Part shown: positions 1-11,062 of the stretch, piece after piece | How the letters are laid out: the number at the start of each line of letters is the position of its first letter | How positions within the stretch are numbered: the first letter of the stretch is position 1 | Made by a program: the position numbers and the translations under genes | Notes under the pieces: generated by a model | Database searches by the model: none | What the model was told of the DNA's origin: nothing | Seen by the model: the letters and a program-made list of their open reading frames with translations, nothing else | NCBI RefSeq assembly: GCF_001194135.2 | Contig: NC_068982.1 | Span: 123,634,661 to 123,682,551, forward strand | Direction of reading: 5' to 3' | DNA length: 47,891 bases | Source: Octopus bimaculoides | Lineage: Eukaryota

Positions 1-149
1 ATATAATCTGTGGTCCATTCTAAGATCTGTGGTTTTCAGTTCTGTGGTTATTTTCATTTTCATAGTATCGTAATTATTAGGTTTCCCTTCGTTATTCCCA
101 GGCTTTAGATTTGTTTTACCTTCCTTTTCATTCATATGTTTGTCTGTGG

Positions 150-153
<4 letters not shown>

Positions 154-209
<56 letters not shown>
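154..209. repeat. (TTA)n microsatellite
   Basis: Direct reading. Confidence 0.95.
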
Positions 210-210
<1 letters not shown>

Positions 211-258
211 GCTGATACTGGCATTGTGCCTAAAATTAGAAAACAATTATTATTATTA

Positions 259-465
259 GCAAGCTGGCAGAATCATTAGCATACTAAGAAAAATGCTTAG
301 CAGCATTTTTTCTGGCTCTTTGCATTCTGAGTTCAAATACCGTTGAGGTCAACTTTGCCTTTCATCCTTTACGGATTGATAAAATAAGCATTATTCAAGT
401 ACTGAGATTGATGTAATTGACTACCCACTCAAAATTGCTGGGCTTGTGCCAAAACTGAAAAGAAT
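259..465 (+). mobile_element. SINE family B copy
   Basis: GCAAGCTGGCAGAATCATTAGC…GAGTTCAAATACC…GGTCAACTTTGCCTTTCATCC. Confidence 0.78.
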
Positions 466-789
466 TATTATTATTTTGTCATTATTATTAATGTTATTAT
501 ACAAAGAATCTGGGATCTGAATGGTGTTTATAAGAGGAGAAATATCAGAGTATGTCATGTTTTCTTCTGTTATTCTTAAACACATGAGTAACTTTTAATG
601 AATCAAACTGAAACCAATGAAAATCAAAGACAAGATCCAGAGAAAATAATAGAAAACTTGTGGTAAAGTTTCATATGCACAACAGCAAATAAGATTTTGA
701 AAAATCAGTGTAATTATCAAATGTCATGTATGTAACATTTGAAGGTGGTGAGTTGGCAGAATTGTTAGCGCACAAGACAAAATGCTTAA

Positions 790-1008
790 CCCTTTTGATA
801 CCAACCCAGCTGAAACCGCCTTTGGCTTTGTAGTACAAATATTTAGTTTTCATAAGTTTTGAATTAAAATCTTCCACCAAACCTTAGTCATAATTTATGT
901 TCCTAACATTAGTTTAATGATAACTAAGTTATTTTACTAAATTCCTTGTATTTAAAATTAATTGAAAGAAACACAGAGCATCTCAAAAGAAATATGGTAA
1001 TGAAAGGG
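790..1008. mobile_element. piggyBac-type MITE (family 1), nested in a tRNA-SINE
   Basis: TTAA target duplication at 786-789 and 1009-1012; TIRs CCCTTTTGATACCA / TGGTAATGAAAGGG; interrupts a SINE-B copy whose two halves flank it. Confidence 0.8.
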
Positions 1009-1046
1009 TTAATAACATTTCTGTTTCTCTATATTCTGAGTTCATA

Positions 1047-1188
1047 AAGGCAGTGAGTTGGCAGGAACGTTAGCATGCTGGGCGAAATACTTAGCAGTAT
1101 TCCGTCTGTCTTTACGTTCTGAGATCAAATTCTACTGAGGTTGACTTTGCTTTCATCCTTTCGGGGTCGATAAATTAAGTACCAGTCA
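1047..1188 (+). mobile_element. SINE family B copy, 3'-truncated
   Basis: AAGGCAGTGAGTTGGCAGGAACGTTAGC…GGGGTCGATAAATTAAGTACCAGT. Confidence 0.78.
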
Positions 1189-1639
1189 ATCTAATTATAA
1201 AAGAAATTATTTATCTTATTAGAATAAAAAAACTTTCAAGGTATGCCTTAGACTTGAAAGCGTAAATGCTGTACAAAGCCTTTTTCATTAATATATCCTG
1301 AGATACATAAGATGTAACAGTTAGCATTCCTTTTCATACCTCATGATAATTTCCTGAATATAGATTTAGAGGCAGAATAGAAACTTTATAAGAAATGACA
1401 TCCAATTTCAAATATTATTGAAGTAAAGAATCTCATGATGCCTAATATCAAACAACAGATAGATCGAATAGCATGATTTATGGATCGAAATGATTATAGG
1501 ATTCAGATAGCATAGAGACGTTCATCAAAACACTATAATCGAAAGTCATAAAATTGTAACCACTTGGGTGTTCTTGATTTGGAGAATGTAAATTTTGTGT
1601 CATGACATGAATTAATAAAGTTTTGTTGAATTATTTTAA

Positions 1640-1860
1640 CCCTTTAGTGTTCAGATTACTCTGTTAAATGTAATACTTTTTCAATCAAATTGTTTTGAAT
1701 TAATCATGCATTATCTTATAGCTTTGAGGTTTCAATGATGTGATTGTTTATTTTTAGAATGTCAATGTAGGTTAGGTGTGAGAGGCTAGATATCGTCAGT
1801 TTGAATATAAAACATGTAGAATATATTGGGGTGGATATGGCCGGTTTAAACACTAAAGGG
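1640..1860. mobile_element. piggyBac-type MITE (family 2)
   Basis: TTAA at 1636-1639 and 1861-1864; perfect 12-bp TIR CCCTTTAGTGTT / AACACTAAAGGG; second copy at 18609-18815. Confidence 0.85.
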
Positions 1861-2228
1861 TTAAAGAAAGGGACAGACATGGCTGTGTGATTGAGAAGTT
1901 TACTTTGCAGCCAAAAGATTTCAGGTTCAATCTCACTGTGAGGCACTATGGGCAAGTATCTTCTACTACAGCCCTGGGTTGACCAATGCTTTGTGAGTGC
2001 ATTTGGTGAATAGTAACTGTGTGTAAGTTCTGTTGTGTGTGTGTGTATATATTCAGCATGGCCATAGCCTTTGGGCTGGAACATATGAAATAATAAAAGA
2101 ATATGTATGTGGGTGTGTGTGTATTCAGCATGGCCACAGCCTTTGGGCTGAAACATAAAGTAATAAAAAAATGTGTGTGTGTGTGTGTGTGTGTACGTGT
2201 GTGTGCGTGCGTGTGTGTATAATATATA

Positions 2229-2266
2229 TGTCTATCTATCAATCTATCTATCTATCTATCTATCTA

Positions 2267-2309
<43 letters not shown>

Positions 2310-2334
2310 TTCTATCTGTCTTTCTGTCTGTCTT

Positions 2335-2414
<80 letters not shown>
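2229..2414. repeat. Compound (TCTA)n/(TCTG)n microsatellite
   Basis: Direct reading. Confidence 0.95.
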
Positions 2415-2415
<1 letters not shown>

Positions 2416-2446
2416 AATATTTATACAGTGCAGGGATAACTGTATA

Positions 2447-2605
2447 AGGCACAGGCATGGGCATGTAGTTAAGAAGCTTGCTTCCCACCCATATGGTCTT
2501 GGGTTCAGTCCCATTGTGTGGCATTTTGTGCAAGTGTCTTTTATGATTGCTGTGGGTTGACCAAAGCCTTGTTAGTGAATTGGTTGATAGAAACTGAAAG
2601 AAGAC

Positions 2606-2647
<42 letters not shown>

Positions 2648-2940
2648 ATGTGTGTGTGTGTGTGCATGTATGTGCATTTGTGTGTGTATGTGTACAGTTG
2701 TACTGACATTACGTGGTGGTTGTATGTGAGCATCACCACCATACAAGTGGTGTCATTCATTTCCAGTCTTCTATGGAAAAATATGTCTGGTTATGGGGAA
2801 ATATCAGGTACTTGGAAACTAATGAGTTATGACAGAAAGGGTATATGAATGTAGAAAACCTGCCTCAGCAAATTCTGTCTGACCCATGCAAGCAAGGAAA
2901 TGTGGACAGTAAAACAGTGATGATGATGATGATGATGATG
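2447..2940 (+). mobile_element. SINE family A head + microsatellite + alternative 3' module 2 with (GAT)n tail
   Basis: Same head as family A; after (TG)n it continues …CATACAAGTGGTGTCATTCATTTCCA…GGGGAAATAT…CTGCCTCAGCAAATTCTGTCTGACCCATGCAAGCAAGGAAATGTGGACAGTAAAAC(GAT)n. Confidence 0.78.
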
Positions 2941-3205
2941 ATATGTACATGTACATGCATGTGTGTGTGTGCATATGTCTCTCTCTGTATTTATCCCTCA
3001 GTGCTTGAGAGCAGGTGATGGTTTGTTTATGCCCCTATAACTTAGTTGGTTGGCAAAAGAGACCAGATTTTAAAAAGTAAGTACCAGGGCTGATCAGTTT
3101 GACTAAATTCTTCAAGATGGTGCTGTCTAATGACTAAATCAAGTAAAAAAATAGATGAATGATTGAATAAAGATACTAAGGCAGAAATATCACCTTTAAA
3201 TCAAC

Positions 3206-3243
<38 letters not shown>

Positions 3244-3822
3244 AAATGTGTTTCTTTTATCCCTTCTTTAAAAGTCAGATTTTATTTTCTATTTAAATTA
3301 AGGAGTAAAAGAATGTACCAATATTTATTCTGTAAAGTTTTCTTTTGCATCACATGTTACAGTTCTACTGTGTGAAAAAGCTTGTGAGGTAACGGGTATA
3401 ATGCAATAGAAAATTTTGGAAGCTAGTCAAGCTTCTGATCTTAAAACATTAGATTTAGGAAGTTTTTTTTATTTTTAACATTAAACATTATTTCTTGCCT
3501 GTTATTTTAGTGAAGTCAAAGAATTTGTTACAAAGGNNNNNNNNNNNNNNNNNNNNNNNNNNNNNNNNNNNNNNNNNNNNNNNNNNNNNNNNNNNNNNNN
3601 NNNNNNNNNNNNNNNNNNNNNNNNNNNNNNNNNNNNNNNNNNNNNNNNNNNNNNNNNNNNNNNNNNNNNNNNNNNNNNNNNNNNNNNNNNNNNNNNNNNN
3701 NNNNNNNNNNNNNNNNNNNNNNNNNNNNNNNNNNNNNNNNNNNNNNNNNNNNNNNNNNNNNNNNNNNNNNNNNNNNNNNNNNNNNNNNNNNNNNNNNNNN
3801 NNNNNNNNNNNNNNNNNNNNNN

Positions 3823-4203
3823 AGTCTTTTGACTGTGGCCATGCTGGAGCACCGCCTTTAGTCAAGCAAATCGACCCCAGGACTTATTCTTTAGAAGCCT
3901 AGTACTTATTCTATCGGTCTCTTTTGCCGAACCGCTAAGTTACGGGGACATAAACACACCAGCATCGGTTGTCAAGCGATGTTGGGGGGACAAACACAGA
4001 CACACAAACACACACACACACATACATATATATATACATATATACGACGGGCTTCTTTCAGTTTCCGTCTACCAAATCCACTCATAAGGCTTTGGTTGGC
4101 TTGAGGCTATAGTTGAAGACACTTGCCCAAGATGCCACGCAATGGGACTGAACCCAGGACCATGTGGTTGGTAAGCAAGCTACTTACCACATAGCCACTC
4201 CTA
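3823..4203 (-). mobile_element. SINE family A, full length, module 1
   Basis: Reverse complement of the 14619-15040 structure; tail enters the gap at 3822. Confidence 0.85.
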
Positions 4204-4756
4204 GAATAACCAATTTTTAACAACAAAATTATATACGGACTCCCAAGTGTCATGTGGACCCTAGTTAAAGTAATATAGAAGCAGATTGAAGTAGTTGTCA
4301 AAGATCTAAAAGAGGGGGTAGATATATAATAAGACTAATTTATAGATTAAATAGTTATAACATTACAAGTAGATGTTGGACCTGTATCATAACAAGCAAA
4401 AATAGTTGTTACACAGCTCTTGGTGTTTTTCAGAATGTACAGTGTGTTTTTCTTTTATTATATTGAGAACATTCTGCTGCATATGTGTTGAGAGCCTTGT
4501 AGTGTTGTATGTTGGTGGGTTATGGGGGGGGGATCATGGACATGGATTTTATCTTGCTGAGTGGGTCTTCTCAAGGACAGAATATTGACAGTTGTCTCAG
4601 TCCAACAAGCTTCTTTCAGTTTTCATCTTATAAGAATTTGGTTGGCCTGTGACTATAATAGAAGATACTTGCCCAAGGTGCCATGCAGTGGGCCTGAACC
4701 TGAAACCATGCAGTTGATAAGTAAACATCCTACCACACAGGTATACTTGTGTCTTG

Positions 4757-4794
<38 letters not shown>

Positions 4795-4984
4795 GCTGAT
4801 GGTCAAGGAGTGGTGATATGGTGGAACCTATTTAGGGTGATCAAACATACCCACCATCTGCTTTAAATAAAGCATTGGGTTTCTACATGGAACCTTTTGC
4901 TGACTTCTAGAATTCTGAAAACCTTATTGCAAAAATGTCAGAAAAAGAATGTATAAATATGAGAAGATGTAAAATTAATATTAA

Positions 4985-5056
4985 TATAGCCTCGGGCTGA
5001 CCAAAGCCTTGTGAGTGGATTTGGTAGACAGAAACTGAAAGAAGCCCGTCATATAT

Positions 5057-5087
<31 letters not shown>

Positions 5088-5437
5088 CTTGTGTGTCTGT
5101 GGTAGTCCCCCAACATCACTTGACAACTGATGTTGGTGTGTTTACGTCCCCATAACTTAGCAGTTTGGCAAAATACATCGATAGAATAAGTACTATGCTT
5201 GCAAAGAATAAGTCCTGGTGTCAATTTGTTTGACTAAAGGCAGTGCTCCAGCATCACTTGACAACCAATGGTGGTTTGTTTACATCCCCGTAACTTAACG
5301 GTTCAGCAAAGGAAACCAATACAAAATAGTACTAGGCTTACAAAGAATAAGTCCTGAGGTCGATTTGCTCAACTAAAGGCGGTGATCCAGCATGGTCGCA
5401 GTCAAATGACTGAAACAAGTAAAAGAGTAAAAGAGTA
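4985..5437 (+). mobile_element. SINE family A, 5'-truncated, with tandem duplication of 3' module 1
   Basis: CATCACTTGACAAC…AAAGGC(A/G)GTG occurs twice (about 5113-5252 and 5250-5437). Confidence 0.8.
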
Positions 5438-5445
5438 TAATAGTA

Positions 5446-5489
<44 letters not shown>

Positions 5490-6182
5490 AATAATGGTTT
5501 CAAATTTTGGCACAAGGTAGCAATTTCAGGGGAGATGCTTAGTCAATTACATTGACCCCAGTACTCAACTGGTACTTATTTTATCGACTTTGAAAGGATG
5601 AAAGGTGAAGTTGACCCTGGTGGAATTTGAACACAAAATGTAAAGACATGAAATGTTGCTAATCATTTTGCCTGGCATGCTAATGATTTTTCCAGCTTGC
5701 TGCCTTAAATAATGATAATAATAGTAACGGTTTCAAATTTTGGCAAAGAAAGGGCCAGCATTTTTTGAGGGAAGGGGGAAGTCAATTATATCGACCCCAG
5801 TACTTGACTGGTACTTATTTTGTTGACCCTGAAAGGGAGGAAGGCAAAGTTGACCTTGGCAGAATTTGAACTCAGAATGTAAAAATGGATGAAATGCAAT
5901 GAAGTATTTTACCCAGTATTTACTAATTCTGCCAACCTGCTACCTTAAATAATAATAATAATAATGGGTTCAAATTTTGGCACATGGCCAGAAATTTCTG
6001 GGGAAGGGTTAAATCAATTACGTCGACCCCAGTGTTTCACTGGTACTTATTTTATCGACCTCAAAAGGACGAAAGGCAAAGTCAGCCTTAGCAGAATTTG
6101 AACTCAGAATGTAAACAACAGATGAAATGCCACTAAACAGTTTATCGGATGTGCTAATGATTCTACCAGCTTGCTACCTTCA
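5490..6182 (-). mobile_element. Three tandem head-to-tail SINE family B copies
   Basis: Units at about 5490-5708, 5725-5948 and 5962-6182, each GGTTTCAAATTTTGGC…GACCCCAGT…GAATTTGAAC…TTGCT(G/A)CCTT, separated by (AAT)n. Confidence 0.82.
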
Positions 6183-6518
6183 TAATGATAATAATAATAT
6201 TAATGTTAGAGCATTGCATTCAGCATTTCTTTCAAAATATTAAATTCCATGCTGACTGCTCACAGCTAGTGAGAATGGATTTTTATATAATTTTTCCTTC
6301 CTGTCAAATGCTTTTCCTTTCACTTCAGCAAAAGATTAAAAGCTTGACTTTAGTTTATAAAAGCAAAGTAGCATTATCTTATTTTCACAACTTACCTATT
6401 TATAAACTTACAGAATTCATGTAACAATCCACACAGTTCTTTGTGAAGAAATCAGGAACAGAAATATATGATTGTGTATGTATATATACACATATATATT
6501 TACATATACATACATACA

Positions 6519-6549
<31 letters not shown>

Positions 6550-8735
6550 TTCTATTGCTTTTATTTAATGCACATTTAACAATGTTATGTATCTGTAAAT
6601 GTAATTAGGTGGTCTGGTCTTAATCAAAAGTGAATAAGTTAATATTGATTTCCAACATTGGCACAGAACCAGAAAGTTTTGCAGTAGGGTACAGTCGATT
6701 AACTCAGCCTCAGTATATTATTTCTACATATGTGAGCCAGCAAGAGAATGTCTATGTAGTTACTCTACTTGCTAGAAATAGTAACCAAATCTCTCTCAAA
6801 CCATGTCTTACATTCTTAAAAACTGAAAGAATATATTAGATAATGTAGGTTAAGAGAGAATATATCTGACAAAAACAAAAGCAAAAAAAAAAAAACCATG
6901 ACTGGAATGCTTTTTATTATATAAATCTATTGTTGTTGTAATTAATTAGCATAATCTAAATCATGATCATTATCATAATTACTGCACAGACTTAGGTACA
7001 TGATTAAGAAGTTCATCTTTGCAATGGCATGGTTCCAGATTTGATTCCCCTGAGTGAATTCTTGGGCAAGTATCTTCTACCATAGCCTTGGATTGGACAG
7101 TGTCTTGGTGAAATTTGGTTGTTAGAAACTGCCCTTCATTCATGAAAATTCTAATTTTAATTCATTTAAATTATAAGGTTGTCTCCCTTACATTTCTTTA
7201 CCAGAATAAATCATTATGATAATGACTTTTTTTCTTGTTGTTACTATGGAGTAACTTTATTCCATCCATCCATTTGTCTTTCTTCTCTGACCACCATTTT
7301 TGGAAGGGTTGTTGGGGTAGAGTTCTCAAGCACCGCCTCCATTTTCCAGATGGATTCCTAGGCACGGCCAACTGAGATTATGGATTTCATCTATCTCATT
7401 CTTGATCTACCGTATCGTCTTCTGTCAGTTGGCTCAGCTTGAAGAATCTGTCTTGCGAGTCTTTCCTGTGATATTCTAATCACATTTTAATTATTTGATT
7501 AAAAATATTCAATTTATTGCATCTAGTAAATTAATACGTATTACAGAGAATTTAATCTTGATACACATGTCAAGAAACCTAGACATGCTTTCCTTTTTGC
7601 AGCTGTTTGCATGTCTTACCATGTGTTTGGTGACTGTAAACAACAGTCTCACTGTCAATACATAGGGTTATATTTTGCATCAGTTAGCCATGGAAGCATG
7701 TCAGGGCTTCTTGACATGTTTAGTAGGATTAAATTTTCTGTAATATGTACTAATATGCTTGATGTAATAAATCAAAACCTTTTAATTAAATAAAATTACA
7801 CTCAGGGTGATAAGGGGGAGAGGAATCTTTATCTTAATTACTTATTCTAGTAGAAAAATACAAGAGAATTAACCTCAAAAACTAAATGAATTTGCAATAA
7901 TATGAGGATGAGTAAAAGTTAAAAGGAATATAAATCAAAATTAGTTCTTCATCAGTCTGGTCAGTCTGGTAGAGCAAAACAAAAACATAAATAAAAATAA
8001 ATAAAAAAATAAATAGACAAATAAAATAAAGTAGGGTTCATTTCACAATATCATGAGGGATTTTTCTGTGTGATGAGGAATGTTGATACACTGGAATGGT
8101 TAGCTAGTGTAGCATTCATATTTTGGAGGCAGTCAGGTTGCCAAAACAGAATCAGCTAAAATTATTAATATGTTAGCAGTTTGGGTGGCCGTCATGCTTG
8201 GTTTCTCAATGCAAGATTCTTTCAGTTTCTATTGTCTTTATTTGTCAACAGCATTTTGTCTCCAGGTATCAGCTTGCTAACTGCTAACTCAATGAAGCCT
8301 GGTTCTGTATTTATCTGACTCTGTTCAACTGCCTGGTGGTGTCTTCTCTTTTATAATTTGTGATTAGCATTATCAAAGCTTGACTGATTTTTCAATCAAC
8401 AATTTTGGATTCATAAGAATTTTTGGTGATGTCAGTCAAAGAATATGACACATCTTTCTATTCTTTACTTGCTTCTATCATTAGACTGCTGCTATGCTAG
8501 GACCCCGTGGTTTATTTTTAAGTCCGGTACATGTTCTGCTGATTCTTTTTTTGCTGAATCACTAAGTTGTGGGGATGTAAACAAACCAACACTGGTTGTC
8601 AGCAGTGGTTGGGGACAAACACAGGCATAAAGCACCATGAGCAAATATCTTCTAGTATAGCCTTGGGCTGACCAAAGCCTTGAGAGTTGATTTGTTAAAT
8701 GGAAATTGAAAGAAGTTAATTGAAGATACATGTGT

Positions 8736-8970
8736 TATTTCTTTACTACCCACAAGGGGCTACACACAGAGGGGACAAACAAAGACAGACAAACGGATTA
8801 AGTCGATTATATCGACCCCAGTGCGTAACTGGTACTTATTTAATCGACCCCGAAAGGATGAAAGGCAAAGTCGACCTCGGCGGAATTTGAACTCAGAACG
8901 TAGTAGCAGACGAAATACCGCTAAGCATTTCGCCCGGCGTGCTAACGTTTCTACCAGCTTGCCGCCTTTT
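8736..8970 (-). mobile_element. tRNA-derived SINE family B, young full-length copy with 16-bp TSD
   Basis: Minus-strand head GGCGGCAAGCTGGTAGAAACGTTAGC…GTTCAAATTCC (A/B boxes); CpGs intact; TSD TTGAAGATACATGTGT at 8720-8735 and 8971-8986. Confidence 0.88.
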
Positions 8971-8989
8971 TTGAAGATACATGTGTGTA

Positions 8990-9205
8990 AGGGGGCAAGC
9001 TGGCAGAAATGTTTGCATGCCAAGCAAAATGCTTAGCGGTATTCCATCTGTCTTTACATTCTGAGTTCAAATTCCACCGAGGTTGACTTTGCCTTTCAAC
9101 CTTTCAGGGTCGATAAATTAAGTACCAGTTGCATACTGGGGTTGATCTTATCAACTGGCCCCCTCCCCCAAAATTTTGGGCCTTGTGCCTAGAGTAGAAA
9201 AGAAT
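8990..9205 (+). mobile_element. SINE family B copy, head-to-head with 8736-8970
   Basis: GGCAAGCTGGCAGAAATGTTTGC…GTTCAAATTCC…GTACCAGT; ATACATGTGTGT on both sides. Confidence 0.85.
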
Positions 9206-9259
9206 ATACATGTGTGTGTGTGTGTAAGTCCATTTATATATATATATATATATATATAT

Positions 9260-9477
9260 CATCGTTTAACGTCCGCTTTCCATGCTAGCATGGGTTGGAC
9301 GATTTGACTGAGGACTGGTGAAACCGGATGGCAACACCAGGCTCCAGTCTGATTTGGCAGAGTTTCTACAGCTGGATGCCCTTCCTAACGCCAACCACTC
9401 AGAGAGTGTAGTGGGTGCTTTTACGTGTCACCCGCACGAAAACGGCCACGCTCGAAATGGTGTCTTTTATGTGCCAC
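9260..9477 (-). mobile_element. Retroposon family C 3' end, young copy
   Basis: Identical over 218 bp to 39375-39592; terminus …GCATGGAAAGCGGACGTTAAACGATG on the minus strand. Confidence 0.88.
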
Positions 9478-9496
9478 ATACACACACATATACATA

Positions 9497-10313
9497 CAGG
9501 GTGCAGTGGCTAAATTGTTGCCATTTTATCTTTTTAATTTCACACATGCACATTGTTTGTTTTCGATTTTGTCGACTACACAGTAAAGTATGGTCAGTTG
9601 GGCACCATCTGCAAGAAAAACAGCACCATAATGCAATTCACTCTGCCAGAAATTTGGAAATGACATGCTGTACTGCTTGGCATTCATGCCAGAAGCTCTG
9701 ATACAAACATTTCAGAGTTTTGGAGTGTCAATCTGATAAAATCAAACATCCAGTCAACACCATGGTGTTTGGAGGGATGACTAGTGATGGCAACGTTATG
9801 CCTCCATTCATCTTCCCACACAGCCTCAGATTCAACATGGAGGCCTAGATCAAGTAAGTGCCTAGGTCAAGAGGGTGGCTGGTGGAAGACCCTATGTCTA
9901 GCAACAGAACTCTGCACCTTGCCACACAAGCAGAAGAACCCTGTCATGGCTGTCAGACAATTTCTTTGACCACAGCACCCCTAACATCTGGCCACCTAAC
10001 TCCCCAGACTGCAGCCCCCTTGATTATTATGTGTGGGGCGCAGTTGAGTGAGAGACCAACAAAACTCCTTGTAACACTAAAGATGAACTGAAAGCAAGGA
10101 TTATGGCAGCATTGACCAACGTAAACAAGGAGACTGTCCAGAAGAGCTGCAGGAGGTTCCAAAGTCGTCTGGAGGCCATGGTTGAAGCCAAATGGCGATT
10201 TTATTGAATAAATTTACTCTTTAGTATTTCAAAATATTTTTATGTAATTTGGCAAATGAGATGTCAATGTTATTTTCATTTTTGCATAATTTAGATGACA
10301 ATTTATTCACCGC
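9497..10313 (+). mobile_element. Internally deleted, pseudogenised Tc1/mariner DD37D (maT-like) transposon
   Basis: TA + left TIR CAGGGTGCAGTGGCTAAATTG; right end GATGACAATTTATTCACCGC runs into a gap and matches the TIR in reverse. Remnant peptides MQFTLPEIWK*HAVLLGIH (N-terminus), MVFGGMTSDGNVMPPFIFPH, and QQN(D)SAPCHTSRRT…WPPNSPDCSPLDYYVWGAVE with 37 residues between positions 9908 and 10022; several stops and frameshifts. Confidence 0.88.
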
Positions 10314-10464
10314 NNNNNNNNNNNNNNNNNNAATAAATTTGTGTGTGTGTGTGTATAATTGCGTAGCTATTAAAATATAATACATGTATATTAGATTCTA
10401 CAAATTCTTGCACACTTTAAAGTTTTCACTTATGAAACCATAAAATCACACATCCTCTTTGTCT

Positions 10465-10504
<40 letters not shown>

Positions 10505-10681
10505 ATGATTGATTTGAGAAGAGGTATCTATTGAAGGTTTAAATGAAGGACTGTTATGGTGTGTATCCTGTCAGTGGCACATTTGTGTAACCACATCCGA
10601 GACATTTAATTCTCAGTGTATCATTTTCCAGAGCTGAAAGATCATACAATTGTTTTATATATATATATATATATATATATC

Positions 10682-11062
10682 GAAATATTAATATTTCTAA
10701 ATCGCTCTAAAGGAGACTACGGCAGTGGTAATGGATATTAATAGTTATCACCAAGCTAACATGATAGTCTAGAAAAATAGGACAAATGCTACTGTTGATT
10801 AGCTCCAAGAGGCCATCGTCTCTAGCTAGCTATGTGACACACAAACCTGTGTCCATTATAACCTTCGAACAGGGGAGGTCAGCAGCTTCCCCTTGCTGGT
10901 TTGACATCCACAGACTAGTTTCGAGGTATTTGCCCCTTATCAATGTGGAGTAGCCAAACTCAGCAGGCATCACTGCTGACCATCTGTTTGAAGGTTTATT
11001 TACTTATATTCAGTGGAATATATCCACTGGTTTTCAAAAATTGAAATATTAATATTTCTAAA
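10682..11062 (-). mobile_element. Hammerhead-bearing ~361-bp unit bounded by 20-bp direct repeats (putative Penelope-like/retrozyme-like non-autonomous element)
   Basis: GAAATATTAATATTTCTAAA at 10682-10701 and 11043-11062; internal hammerhead motif at 10907-10949; no ORF. Confidence 0.45.
10907..10949 (-). ncRNA. Minimal type-I hammerhead ribozyme motif (U3-A8 core variant)
   Basis: Minus strand: TCCACA TTGATAA GGGG CAAATA CCTC GAAA CTAG TC TGTGGA = stem I 6 bp (TCCACA/TGTGGA), core UUGAUAA, stem II GGGG/CCUC, GAAA, palindromic stem III ACUAGU, GUC cleavage triplet. Confidence 0.7.

Noticed and set aside
1230-1620. Possible hAT C-terminal dimerisation-domain remnant
   Set aside because: Only vague similarity with many stops; the diagnostic ERSFS motif is not recoverable.
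7367-7433. 9-bp inverted repeat GCCAACTGA/TCAGTTGGC
   Set aside because: Too short, and the intervening sequence does not pair; probably part of an unclassified dispersed repeat (weak similarity of 7300-7347 to 33367-33410).
9305-9335. CTGAGGA-CTGGT-GAAA-CCGG in family C looks like a hammerhead core
   Set aside because: No stem II can form (CTGGT), there is no UH triplet after ACCGG (GAT follows) and no stem I; the motif is not retained in other family C copies.
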